Part shown: positions 10,820 to 21,378 of the stretch, piece by piece
Layout of the letters: each line of letters opens with the position of its first letter
How positions within the stretch are numbered: the first letter of the stretch is position 1
Assembly: GCF_001194135.2 (NCBI RefSeq)
Contig: NC_068996.1
Coordinates: 49,257,327-49,296,770, forward strand
DNA: 39,444 bases
From: Octopus bimaculoides
Taxonomy: Eukaryota
Reading direction: 5' to 3'
Notes under the pieces: model-generated
Databases searched by the model: none
Told to the model about the DNA's origin: nothing
The model's input: only the letters and a program-made list of their open reading frames with translations
Translations under genes and position numbers: made by a program

Positions 10820-11075
10820 TGTGCAGGTAGCACGTAAAGAACACCATTTTGAGCGTGGCCGTTGCCAGTACCTCCTGACTGGCCTTTGTGCCGGTGTCAC
10901 GTAAAAGCACCCACTACACTCTCGGAGCGGTTGGCATTAGAAAGGGCATCCAACTGTTGAAACTCTGCCAGATCAGATTGGAGCCTGGTGCAGCCTTCTG
11001 GTTCACCAGTCCTCAGTCAAATCGTCTTACCCATGCTAGCATGGAAAGCGGACGTTAAACGATGATGATGATGAT
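10820..11075 (+). mobile_element. Family A (RTE 3' UTR) copy with (GAT)n tail
   Basis: About 1.5 units of the 65-bp UTR repeat, then GCACCCACTACACTCTCGGAG...GGACGTTAAACGATGATG. Confidence 0.9.
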
Positions 11076-11078
11076 ATA

Positions 11079-11700
11079 CTAACAGCTAAGCCCGGTTTCA
11101 CCTGGTCAGAGAATGACACGAAGAGAAAAATGAAAACATAAAAAAAAAATTAATAAATAAGGGAAGAAGTGGACATGAAGTGTTGTTTGGGTGATGGATC
11201 TTGGTAGAAAAAAAAGAATGTCAGTCATGGTGAGTTAGTAAGGAGAGCAAAGCAAGACTGGACTTACTTGGGCTGGCAGGACGATGAAAAAATTGCGGAG
11301 TTGAAATTGGAGCAGTTGAAGTTGCTGTTGTTATCATTGGAGTGCCTCTTAGTTGACAACATTCTTCGTCTTTCCCTCGGGTGCACAAATGGAAAGACCA
11401 TGGGGACAGCCAACGTACAGTTGTACGTGTGAGAATACTTGCTCTGTCAGATTCAAACCAACTACTTGCACTGATTGTCCCTGCGCCTTGTTGACTGTCA
11501 TGGTAAAGCAGAGTTTGATGGGAAATTGCATCTGTTTAAACTTGTAGGTCGTATCGGAGGGAGTGAGGTACATGGGAGTTACATTTGTGAAATGTAGCCT
11601 TGGCCAAGAGGAATTATTGTCATCAGATGGCATCCAACAATCATTGCATGGTTTGACCTTCAACCTTAATACCATCCCATTAATGAGTCAGCAGTGGTGG
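11079..11700 (-). mobile_element. Helitron 3' fragment: PIF1-like helicase C-terminus plus terminal hairpin
   Basis: ORF 11349-11675 contains PSDTTYKFKQMQFPIKLCFTMTVNKAQGQSVQVVGLNLTEQVFSHVQLYVGC...APEGKTKNVV (Helitron helicase motifs V-VI). The minus-strand end is CCAGGTGAAACCGGG-CTTAGCTG-TTAG|T (CTAG mutated). Confidence 0.88.
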
Positions 11701-11814
11701 CCATATGACTGACCAGCTTCTCACCGACCCAACAGCTTTCAGCTAACTTCCTCTCTCTTGCACCATAACAATATGTATTTTGTGTGTGTGTGTGTGTCTC
11801 TGTGTTATAGGATC

Positions 11815-12115
11815 AATCATGTGGACTCAGTTTCAATTCTACTGCATGGCATCTTGGGAAAATGTCACTTTCAATAACCTGGGCTCAACCTGTGCCTTGT
11901 GTATGAAATTGGGTAGATGGAATGCATTGAAGCACACTGGATGGACTGTAACTGTAATTCAAAGATCCAAACTTGCTCTGTGGAAACATGCTGATTCCAC
12001 TTAAGAACTGCATTAAGAGTACCTGTGTCTGTGGAATACTCAGTCACTTGTAAGCTAATTCAATGAACTTAGCAATAGTTTAGTTGATTAGACAATTGAA
12101 TGCTCATGGTTGAAA
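11815..12115 (+). mobile_element. Diverged mosaic SINE: D-like head, OR-like tail
   Basis: CAGTTTCAATTCTACTGCATGGCATCTTGGGAAAATGTC (D-like), followed by GTACCTGTGTCTGTGGAATACTCAGTCACTT (as at 25020-25050). Confidence 0.6.
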
Positions 12116-12229
12116 ATTTTAATTGACATCTATTTATATAAGAGTGAATGTATGTATAATATATATATACTCTAATATCAAACATCAAGAATGAGTGGTC
12201 AGCACCTCATTGGTTGCATTTTCATCCAA

Positions 12230-12656
12230 AATGGAAACAAGTACCAACATTTTCATGTGGTATGCTTGAACAATTGTGAAGATCACTTCACATGAAACCA
12301 TTGGTTGCCCTGTGTTATGCAAATTAACGCAAACTGTTAACTTAACCCAGAAATTTGTGGTCCCTCAAGAACCAGACAGAGATCTAACTGAAATGTCTCT
12401 GCCTCCTAGAGATAACCCTCCAAAACTAAAAGAAGAATCCTCTCAACTGTCTCGATCTCAAAGAATTCGGAAAGTTCCAGAAAAGCTTGCTCTATGATTT
12501 TTTTTTTTTTAGGTGGCAGTGAATGTTATGCAAATTGTGCTATGATTTGAGTGACTTCCCTTGATATAAAAGCATGTGCATTTGATGCTCAGAGAGAGAG
12601 AGAGAGAGTGGTCATTTTGAATAACATACATTGATTCGAGAATATCATGGATAACA
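12230..12656 (+). mobile_element. Gypsy-like LTR retrotransposon 3' end: integrase tail, purine tract and short LTR
   Basis: ORF ends LSRSQRIRKVPEKLAL* (RRSxRxRxxPxRL motif). It is followed by AGGTGGCAGTGAA, then an LTR-like 12524-12656 bounded by TGTTAT...ATAACA with TATAAAAG at 12565. Confidence 0.6.
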
Positions 12657-12730
12657 CTGTATGATGCCTTAGTGTTTTGGACTATGACTGGAAATTAGGT
12701 TCTTTGAACAAGGAATTACTGGTCATACAT

Positions 12731-13112
12731 TGTTGACACACCATCGCTTACGACAGCGAGGGTTCCAGTTGATCCGATCAACAGAACAGCCTGCTCGTGA
12801 AATTAACGTGCAAGTGGCTGAGCACTCCACAGACACGTGTATCCTTAACGTAGTTCTCGGGGAGATTCAGCGTGACACAGTGTAACAAGGCTGGTCCTTT
12901 GAAATACAGGCACAACAGAAACAGGAAGTAAGAGTGAGAGAAAGTTGTGGTGAAAGAGTACAGCAGGGTTCGCCACCATCCTCTGCCAGAGCCTCGTGGA
13001 GCTTTAGGTATTTTCGCTCAATAAACACTCACAACACCCGGTCTGGGAATCGAAACCGCGATCCTATGACCGCGAGTCCGCTGCCCTAACCACTGGGTCA
13101 TTGCGCATCCAC
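12731..13112 (-). mobile_element. Full-length tRNA-derived SINE (OR-like) with 13-bp TSD
   Basis: TSD ACTGGTCATACAT at 12718-12730 and 13113-13125; A/B boxes present; colinear with 24750-25133. Confidence 0.93.
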
Positions 13113-13183
13113 ACTGGTCATACATAACACCCTGTTAACCCACAAATAAAAAAAGAAGTGTGTGTGTGTACACACATATATAT

Positions 13184-13350
13184 AGGTGCAGGCATGGCTG
13201 TGCGGTAAAAAGTTTGCTTCTCAATCTTATGGTTCCAAGTTCAGTCCCACTGCAAGGCGCCTTGGCCAAGTATCTTCTACTATAGTCCTGGTCCAACCAA
13301 AGCCTTATTGGTGGATTTGGTAGCCAGAAACAGGAAGCCTATGTATATAT
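13184..13350 (+). mobile_element. Family D SINE, 5' half
   Basis: AGGTGCAGGCATGGCTGTGCGGTAA...GTTCAGTCCCACTGC...GTGGATTTGGTAG. Confidence 0.85.
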
Positions 13351-13432
13351 CATCATTATCAACATCATCGTCATCGTTTAACGTCTGTTTTCCATGCTGG
13401 CATGGGTTGGACATTTTAACTGGAGTCTGGGA
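13351..13432 (-). mobile_element. Family A (RTE 3' end) stub
   Basis: CATCATCGTCATCGTTTAACGTCTGTTTTCCATGCTGGCATGGGTTGGAC. Confidence 0.8.
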
Positions 13433-13473
13433 AGACAGGAGATCTATGTGTGTGTGTGTGTATTCTTTGTATT

Positions 13474-13859
13474 TTTTTTACATGTTTCAGTCATTTGGTT
13501 GTGGCCATGCTGGAGCACCGCCTTAAAGGGATTTAGTAAAACAAATCAACCCCAGGACTTATTCTTTGTAAGCCTAGTACTTATTCTATCGGTCTCTTTT
13601 GCTGAACTGCTAAGTTATGGGGATGTAAACACACCAACATCAGTTGTCAAGCGATGGTGTGGAGGACAAGCACAGACACACACATACACACATATATATA
13701 CATATACACACACGACGGACTTCTTTCAGTTTCCGTCTACCAAACTCGCTCACAAAGCTTTAGTCAGCCTGAGACTATAGCAGAAGACACTTGCCCAAGG
13801 TATCACACAGTGGAACTGAACCAGGAATCATGTGGCTGGGAATCACAGTACATACGCCT
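13474..13859 (-). mobile_element. Family D SINE
   Basis: Colinear with 15098-15491. Confidence 0.9.
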
Positions 13860-13890
13860 CTAGCACTGTGCAACTCTCTGTCAACACAAT

Positions 13891-13975
13891 GGAATTTGAA
13901 CTCAGTTCATAGCAACAGGTAAAATACTGCGAAGCATTTTGCCCTGTATGCTAACGATTCTGCCAGCTCACTACC

Positions 13976-14025
<50 letters not shown>

Positions 14026-14438
14026 CCTTTCTACTATAGGTACAATGCCTGAATTTTGGGGGAGGAGGTATGTCGATTACATCGACCCCAGTACGCAACT
14101 GGTACTGAATTTATCGACCCCCCTAAAGGATGAAAGGCAAAATCGACCTTGGTGGAATTTGAATTCAGAACGTAAAGACGAATGAAATACCGCTAAGCAT
14201 TTCTGCCAGCACCTTTCGACTAATCCCTTCTACTAAAGGTACAAAGCCTGAAATTTGTGGGGAAGGGACTAGTTGCTGACATCAAACCCCAGTATGCAAC
14301 TGGTACTTAATTGATCAACCCCAAAAGGATGAAAGGCAAAGTCAACCTCAGCAGAATTTGAACTCAAAACATGAAGATGAATGAAATACCGTTAAGCAAT
14401 TCGCCCTGTGTACTAACGATTCTGCCAACTCACTGTCT

Positions 14439-14469
<31 letters not shown>

Positions 14470-14478
14470 GATAATGAT
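13891..14478 (-). mobile_element. Head-to-tail array of three family F SINEs with (TAA)n and (ATAATG)n tracts
   Basis: Copies at 13891-13976, 14026-14210 and 14221-14438; (TAA)n 13977-14025; (ATAATG)n 14439-14478. Confidence 0.88.
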
Positions 14479-14480
14479 CA

Positions 14481-14805
14481 CAAACGTGGCAGAATAAAAA
14501 AACTATTTGGTTCCCAACCACATGATTCCAGGTTCAGTTCCACTGCATGGCACCTTGGGCAAGTGTCTTCTACTATATCCACGGGTCAACCAAAGCCTTG
14601 TGAGTGGATTTGGCAGGCAGAAACCTAAAAATACCTGTCACGCGCACGCGCGTTCATGTGTCATCTCCGCTTGACAAACGGTGTTTGATTACGTCACCCT
14701 AACTTAGTGGTTGGGCAAAAAGAGGTCGATAGAATAAGTATCAGACTAAACACTTCAAGGTGGTGCCCCAGCATGGCTGCAGTCCAATGACTACAACCAG
14801 TGAAA
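14481..14805 (+). mobile_element. Diverged family D SINE
   Basis: GGTTCAGTTCCACTGCATGGCACCTTGGGCAAGTG...GATAGAATAAGTA...GGTGCCCCAGCATGGCTGCAGTC. Confidence 0.85.
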
Positions 14806-14829
14806 GGCGTGAAAGAAAGATAAATAATA

Positions 14830-15020
14830 ATTCTTTTTACTGTAGGCAGAAGAGCAGAGAATTGGAGGGAAGGGGATGAGTCATTTACATTGTCCCCAGT
14901 ATTCAACTGGTACATATTTTATCGATCCCAAAAGGATAAAGGACAGAGCTGACCTCGGCGGAATTTGAACCCAGAACGTAAAGAACCAAAGGAAATGTCA
15001 CTAAGCATTTTCACCGACTA
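14830..15020 (-). mobile_element. Family F SINE
   Basis: CAACTGGTAC...GACCTCGGCGGAATTTGAACCCAGAACGTAAAG. Confidence 0.8.
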
Positions 15021-15097
15021 TCGCGGGTGTTACGTTCCAAAAGCCACTTGCGATTGGTAAAATTCCGCAAAGTAGAAACAGTACTGTACTGTATATA

Positions 15098-15491
15098 CTC
15101 TCTTTTACTTGTTTCAGTCATTTGACTGTGGCCATGCTGGAGCACCGCCTTTGGTCAAGCAAATCGATCCCAGTACTTATTCTTTGGATGCCTAGTACTT
15201 ATTCTATCAGTCTCTCTTGCCGAACCGCTAAGTTACGGGGACGTAAACACACCACCATCGGTTGTCAAGCGATGTTGGGGGACAAACACAGACACACAAA
15301 CATATACACACACATATATACATATACATATATACGACGGGCTTCTTTCAGTTTCCGTCTACCAAATCCACTCACAAGGCTTTGGTCGACTTGAGGCTGT
15401 AGTAGAAGACACTTACCCAAGGTGCCACGCAGTGGGAATGAACCCGGAACCATGTGGTTGGTAAGCAAGCTACTTACCACACAGCCACTCC
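15098..15491 (-). mobile_element. Family D SINE, full length
   Basis: Minus-strand head GGAGTGGCTGTGTGGTAAG...GGGTTCATTCCCACTGC, internal microsatellite, tail ...GACTGAAACAAGTAAAAGAG. Confidence 0.93.
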
Positions 15492-15705
15492 TTTTATTCT
15501 TTTTATAATTTGTATATATTTATTTTATTATAAATGCAAAGCAACACCAGGGAGGAATCGACTTAAGTCTAAATAATAAACCACGGTAGGTGAACAGCGA
15601 TATAGTCAGGGATTACTGTACATACGTAAATAAATAAATATTTCGTTTTTGTATTTGGTTTGCAAGATTCTTAATGTGAATTCGTGTTCTGAAACAAATT
15701 TTGTT

Positions 15706-15957
15706 TTGTGTCTGAGGAGAGTCATACTGCTTTAATGCCATAGGATGTAACACACTTACTGGTTCAATTCCCACTCATTTATTATTTATATTTTTTCATT
15801 CCCAAAACTTTTGCTGCTTTTGCAACCCTTGTCAATTGTATGTTGACTCTCAGCAAAAGCAACGAAAACTTTGGAAAAAATATAAATAATAAATGAGTGG
15901 AAATTGAACCGGTGCGTGTGTTAGATATCAAGGTTGTATGACACTCCTTAGACACAA
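15706..15957. repeat. About 250-bp imperfect palindrome (foldback repeat)
   Basis: Perfect 27-bp core 15771-15797 / 15874-15900; arms extend to TGTGTCTRAGGAGWGTCATAC at both ends. Confidence 0.88.
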
Positions 15958-16074
15958 CTAAATAAATATCAAAACTGAAAAAGGCCCTCTGAAATAGCTG
16001 CGGCATGAGTTAGCCTCTAATATTATGCTGAGATGCAGAGCTATGGAAATTACACTAATATCTTAATGATAGTT

Positions 16075-16258
16075 TCAAATTTTGGTACAGAGGGTAAATG
16101 AAGTCAGTTACAGCGACTCCAGTACTCGACTGATACTTAATTACTGACTCCTGAAAGGATGTAAATCGAGCTCGGTGGAACTTGAACTCAGAATGTAAAC
16201 ACGGACAAAATGCCGGTAAGCATTTTGTCCGACGTGCTAAAAATTTTGCCAGCTTGTC
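16075..16258 (-). mobile_element. Diverged family F SINE
   Basis: GAAAGGATG...CTCGGTGGAACTTGAACTCAGAATGTAAAC...TGCCAGCT. Confidence 0.75.
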
Positions 16259-17141
16259 AATGGATTGTCGCTACTTGGATCATAAACATTAACATCAGGC
16301 ATACAAAAATAGTGAAGACAAATCAGAGAGTTCAACGTGTCCCAGACTGTCACACAGGAGGTCAGCTAAGAAGTGGTATGTTATTTATAGCCTGGTCATC
16401 GAATCTGTGAGTCGCCTCTGTTCGTTCAGCGATTACCTACGTGCTATATGGGTACTCATATGTAGAACAGCATTGTGTAATAGCGTGCGAATTACTAGTG
16501 ATGTGACTGCTATTTTTAGCGGGTCGAGCGACTACGTGTAGGTTCGCGACCCTATAAAAAGTGAAATTGATAAGTGAAAAACAAAACGTTACTAGCGCCC
16601 AACTATCTGTACATTTCGTCATTTCTAACAGCTCATTGCTTATACAGATTACATTTCCCTTCTTTCCTGCTTAATCTTCTATAGACAGGCATCATCTTCC
16701 TCGTACAACCTCAACACTTCACCGCCGGACCTCCACTCCCGTGACCTTGAAAACAGCCTAGTCACTTTCAGTTGCACAGGCAAAATAGCTCCACTTACAC
16801 ACACACACGCGCACTGTTATGTGCATTAACGTAATGTGTAAGCAGGGTGCCGTGTTGCACCACACCCTGTCTACAAAGTGAACAAGCCAACTAAAACCCT
16901 CGAATTAGCTAAAAGGTCTCTTTGATAATCTCCCATGATAACACTTCCAGCCATCCACATAACCAAAATTGGCTAATACCAGTTGTACAGAAAAGAATCT
17001 CAGGACCCAGGATGGGTGGGCTAATACACGGATCTTTGGGGTTTGACGGGCAACACTTGTTTTCTTAACGAAACACTTTCACACTTGGGACACTGGTAGA
17101 ATGTGTCATATAAAATGACTTCTTCTCTTAACCTTCTTAAC

Positions 17142-17720
17142 AAAAAATTGTACATCGCAAGTTATTTCATGTTAAAGTTGTCGTATTTCTGTAATTTCAA
17201 CCAACCACTGACGTCTATTCAGCTGAATATAGTTACTGCTGTTCGGTGTCAAGTGTGTTATTCCCTGTTTAATTATATCATTATTCCCTAGTAAGAGTTT
17301 AGGGTTAGGGTTAGGGTTGGGGTTAGGGTTATGAGTTATAGAGTTAAGGTTATGGNNNNNNNNNNNNNNNNNNNNNNNNNNNNNNNNNNNNNNNNNNTTA
17401 TAGAGTTAGAGTTAAGGTTATGGCAAAAATAATCATAACCCTAACCGTAATCCTAAAACTAACCCTAACTCTAAAACCCGAACCCTAACCCTAAAACCCT
17501 GAAGCTAAAACCAGTACAAACGCACGAACGATGTCATAAATAAGAGTAACACGGGTAGTTGTTGTTGACAAACAACGGGACTAATTTTATTCAAGGGAAA
17601 AGATCCCATGACACCGTTACGGCATTAATTGTTTTCACCTCAATAGACGTCAGTGATTGGTTGAAATTACCGAAATACGACAATTTTTTACATAAAATAA
17701 CTTCGAATACAAAATTTTTT
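17142..17720. repeat. Foldback/MITE-like element with head-to-head telomere-like arrays
   Basis: About 125-bp inverted arms (17142-17266, 17594-17720) enclose degenerate (TTAGGG)n 17299-17422 (with a gap) and (CCCTAA)n 17436-17500. Confidence 0.85.
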
Positions 17721-17949
17721 ATCTGTTCTATACCACAAAATATACAAACAGAAATTATTTTATTCTTCATAAAATGTAGAATCTCAGCAAAATTCGAAGA
17801 TAAATGTCGTGAAAGGCGGAAAGAAGAAGTCAAACCCGGAAGCAAAGTGAAATGATGTCACATCAAGAAGCCGGGCATTCGAACAGCGCGTCCAGGTCAA
17901 CTGTGTTAGTATGGTTGTGGTCATCTTTCTTCCTGACCCACGTTGCGTC

Positions 17950-18660
17950 TTCCACCTCAACACCTATTTGCAGAATGACTCCTATTGCTATATTCCTTAC
18001 ATCGTACCATACAATCCTTTTTATTTTATTTTATACACATACCACATGCCCTTCGCATGACCCTCCGCTCTCACTCTCTCCAAGACATCTTACATTACTG
18101 TAATTGTCTTCTCTCCCACTTTATCACTCCGGTTCACTCCTTCAGCTCGCTTCTTGATGTAGCTACATGCCGTTCGGAGCCATCTTGCAACAGGGTAGTG
18201 TCCCACCAGTTTTCCACATATCGAGAACCGTTCTCGCCTATTCATATCCTGGTGCAAGTCTGAGGTCTCAGAGCTTGAGTACCAGCGCCGTGCCTCCTCA
18301 TATAGCCTCCGGTGGTTTCGTTGTCAATCCGAACCTCCTCAGATTACCCATGATTTCCTCTGCTGATGTCACATTATCTACCAGGATGTCATCAGTATAC
18401 GAACTAGTGCCTGCTCCACTCTGACCTATTTCCTCCAAATCGCCTTGAGAGCCTTCGCCTGGTTTTTGAGGCTATATTCAAACCAAAACTCAACCGATTC
18501 AGTACGTTCTGCCCGTCTTCCTCACTAACTGGTACTTCCACAAATTCTCAAACACGCTAAACTGCAGATAGACGACTTGAAGTCAACGATTATAGTCACT
18601 CCTATCATTCGCCTCCACTCCCGCAGGGTTTCCCCTCACATGCGTCAGCAGGACGATTAT
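17950..18660 (+). pseudogene. Degraded C-rich retroelement, possibly Penelope-like
   Basis: SFSSLLDVAT...STYREPFSPIHIL resembles PLE RT SLPFLDV...T.VYRKPT...YL; SYSLRWFRC resembles PYS..LR.RRIC. Confidence 0.35.
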
Positions 18661-18666
18661 GTGAAC

Positions 18667-18882
18667 ATTGTTCGAAAATAATTGTTCGAAAATAATTGTT
18701 CGAAAACAATTATTCGAATGGAAAATTGTATGATTGAAAATTATGCAAAAGGACAATTATACGAAATGTTAATTATTCTTTTTTTTAAATTTTATTTAAA
18801 CAAAAATGATAAAATTAAAAATCAAGTACACAAATGATATTTATTTCGAATAACTGTTTTTGAATAATTGTTTTCGAATGAT
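18667..18882. repeat. Small foldback element with inverted arrays of a 14-bp unit
   Basis: ATTGTTCGAAAATA x ~3.7 (18667-18718) and three inverted copies (18842-18882) around an AT-rich spacer. Confidence 0.8.
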
Positions 18883-19226
18883 TTTCATGATACGTGACAG
18901 AACACATGCTCGTTCAACTCATGAAAATCTGGCACAGGTCGAACTTGTTCTTTGTCGGATGGACTACACTCATCATCGCCAATACATCACTCATCACCTC
19001 CTCTTCTCACGGTATCAAAATACTCTTCTCTTAGAGGCGTAGCCAAGTTCTAAAGCTAACGGAAGCGAGTACATGAAAAAAAGGCACCGTGACACACATC
19101 AAACAAATTTTAACTCATTTGTCTTACACGAAATATTTCATCATTTATACGTAAATTGTATTCTACATTCATCAATGTTTCAGTAGCAATATCTTTTGTG
19201 TATGAAACTTGCAACTACTGATATAG

Positions 19227-19510
19227 GTGTGGCGTGAAAAAGATGAAATTCCACGGGATCATCCTGTCTCAAGAGGTTATGACGTCAGGGTTTGTTTTGG
19301 CTCTTCAGATGTCAGTGGTGCCAATACATCACAAGAGATTCAACAGACAGTTCAAACACACGGGAGGTTGATCAAATTAACTAATGACACAAGAAAATTC
19401 TTCCAAAATAATGCGATTATCAATAAAGAGAGAGACTCGTTTGACTTTTATCAGACAAATGAACGAGTGTTGTAGAAAATTGTTGAAAAGGCGCCAATTT
19501 TGAAAAATGT
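19227..19510 (+). pseudogene. Possible highly deleted Tc1-like transposase remnant
   Basis: VWREKDE, FFQNNAI.. (compare FQQDNAxIH) and a frameshifted CRKIVEKxANFEK occur in the expected order; weak. Confidence 0.25.
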
Positions 19511-19559
19511 ATTCGGAGAGGTGGTCGCTCCCCTTTCTTCCCTATTAGTTATGCCATTG

Positions 19560-20030
19560 TTTCCTCTATCTATCTGCCCACCTCTCTTTCGTACCCGTCC
19601 CTAACTTCTTTCAGAGTGTGCTCGTAGCAACAACTCCTGTTTCTCAGTTTGTGCGGAGTTTCTCAGTTTGTTCTTCTTTCCAAAAATACTACTGTCCATC
19701 TTTAGCTGTCGAACTCAGCACAGAAGTCCCCGTCTTCAATATTGTCTGCAGTATTCCCTCTCTCGAACGGCAACCTGTTACTCCTACAGCCTTCTTTCTC
19801 CGCTTCACGCTCACAGCACGCGGCATTATAGTCACCAAATTCCACTTCTCCTCTGGCCAACTGTCACGCCGCCCAAGCGTACAATCACGTCCGTTCTCAA
19901 CACTACATCGACGCCGTCCCCTATACCTCCAGTTCCACTTCGCTAACGACCCGACACCTGACCTCCCTATCATCCACTGCACTGAGGCTAGTATTTCCTC
20001 TCAACCATTTTTATAGTTACCAGGACTGTT
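19560..20030 (+). pseudogene. Degraded C-rich retroelement, possibly Penelope-like
   Basis: GTTACTCCTACAGCCTTCTTTCTCCGC resembles a (I)PYSxFLR codon pattern and similar strings at ~8335 (-) and ~18595 (+). Confidence 0.3.
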
Positions 20031-21099
20031 CGACAAGGACTCATGCTTCTCTTGCCCCCACCAGAACCCTTATTACAGGCAATGAACGGTAGAACGCCTT
20101 TAATCGGTCGTGGGGGGGGGGGGGATAGCGGCACAGTAATTCCCCTCTCTTTGTTTCCCTGGTACTTTTCGATTATCTCAACCCCATTAAAAAATTGCCA
20201 TTAAAGTATTGAGTTTATGTGGTGACAAGAGATTGGATTAAACGAGTTAGATCCTTTTGATTCAATACTTCAACAAATTATTGACTTTTGGCCTCCTTAA
20301 TACGAATGGTATGATTTGGTATAAAAATGTTATCAGATTCAATAAGACGTTTATTTTTTTCGCTTTTCATGTTTATTGATTTTTCGTTTTTTCTTTTTGT
20401 TTTATTGAGGGTTAAACAATTTTTTTTAGTTGGGGAAGATAGCCCAATGTTTTAATGGGAGTTAGATAACCAAAAGTACCATGTGCGGATCCTGACACCT
20501 AAAGCACGGTCCGTTTGGCGTCCATCTCACTACACTAGTTGCCTCTTTATCCTATCCGTATTTGCCGTCATCTTCGCCGCGACATTGCATGTCGTTCTGT
20601 GGACAACACTTGTATCTTGTTCACTAGATCGCTCTCTGACATCGTGTTAATGTCCATCATATGTTCCAACCCCCACCCCAACCCATTCTTCATTTTAAAC
20701 TTTTTTCAGAAATTTTTTTATTTTTTCAAAATATGCGGAAAAATACGGAGATTATGATTCGGAAAAAAATTTCAAAACAATTTAGTAAAANNNNNNNNNN
20801 NNNNNNNNNNNNNNNNNNNNNNNNNNNNNNNNNNNNNNNNNNNNNNNNNNNNNNNNNNNNNNNNNNNNNNNNNNNNNNNNNNNNNNNNNNNNNNNNNNNN
20901 NNNNNNNNNNNNNNNNNNNNNNNNNNNNNNNNNNNNNNNNNNNNNNNNNNNNNNNNNNNNNNNNNNNNNNNNNNNNNNNNNNNNNNNNNNNNNNNNNNNN
21001 NNNNNNNNNNNNNNNNNNNNNNNNNNNNNNNNNNNNNNNNNNNNNNNNNNNNNNNNNNNNNNNNNNNNNNNNNNNNNACGGGAGGAAGTCTTTCCTCAA

Positions 21100-21378
21100 A
21101 TTTTCCTAGTGAAGAACAAAATGTCACTTGTTCAACGTTCTCCCTGTTCTCCCGACTTGGCACCACCTGACTTCTAGCTCTTCCAATAACTGAATACCAC
21201 GCTGAAAGGGAAGCAATTTGAGTCCCGAGAGGAAATTATAAGAACCAAGGCGGAACTCCATAGCATTCCAGAGTATGTAAACTTCCAAGAGAAATATTGA
21301 AGGCGATTAGATAAAATCTGTGATATGTACTTTTTTTTTTTATGCCCGACGGTCAGGTACTTTTTTGAACGCACTCGA
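21100..21378 (+). mobile_element. Mariner transposase C-terminal fragment with 3' TIR; 5' part in the gap
   Basis: FLVKNKMSLVQRSPCSPDLAPPDF*LFQ*LNTTLKGKQFESREEI (YSPDLAPxDFxLF motif), then TIR-like GGTACTTTTTTGAACGCACTCG. Confidence 0.85.

Noticed and set aside
16545-16565. TATA box (CTATAAAAAG) in a CpG-rich patch
   Set aside because: The CpG richness comes from a family E repeat; no downstream gene evidence.
17299-17500. Ancestral chromosome end-to-end fusion site
   Set aside because: Arrays are short and enclosed by inverted unique arms; a foldback element is simpler. Not fully excluded without synteny data.
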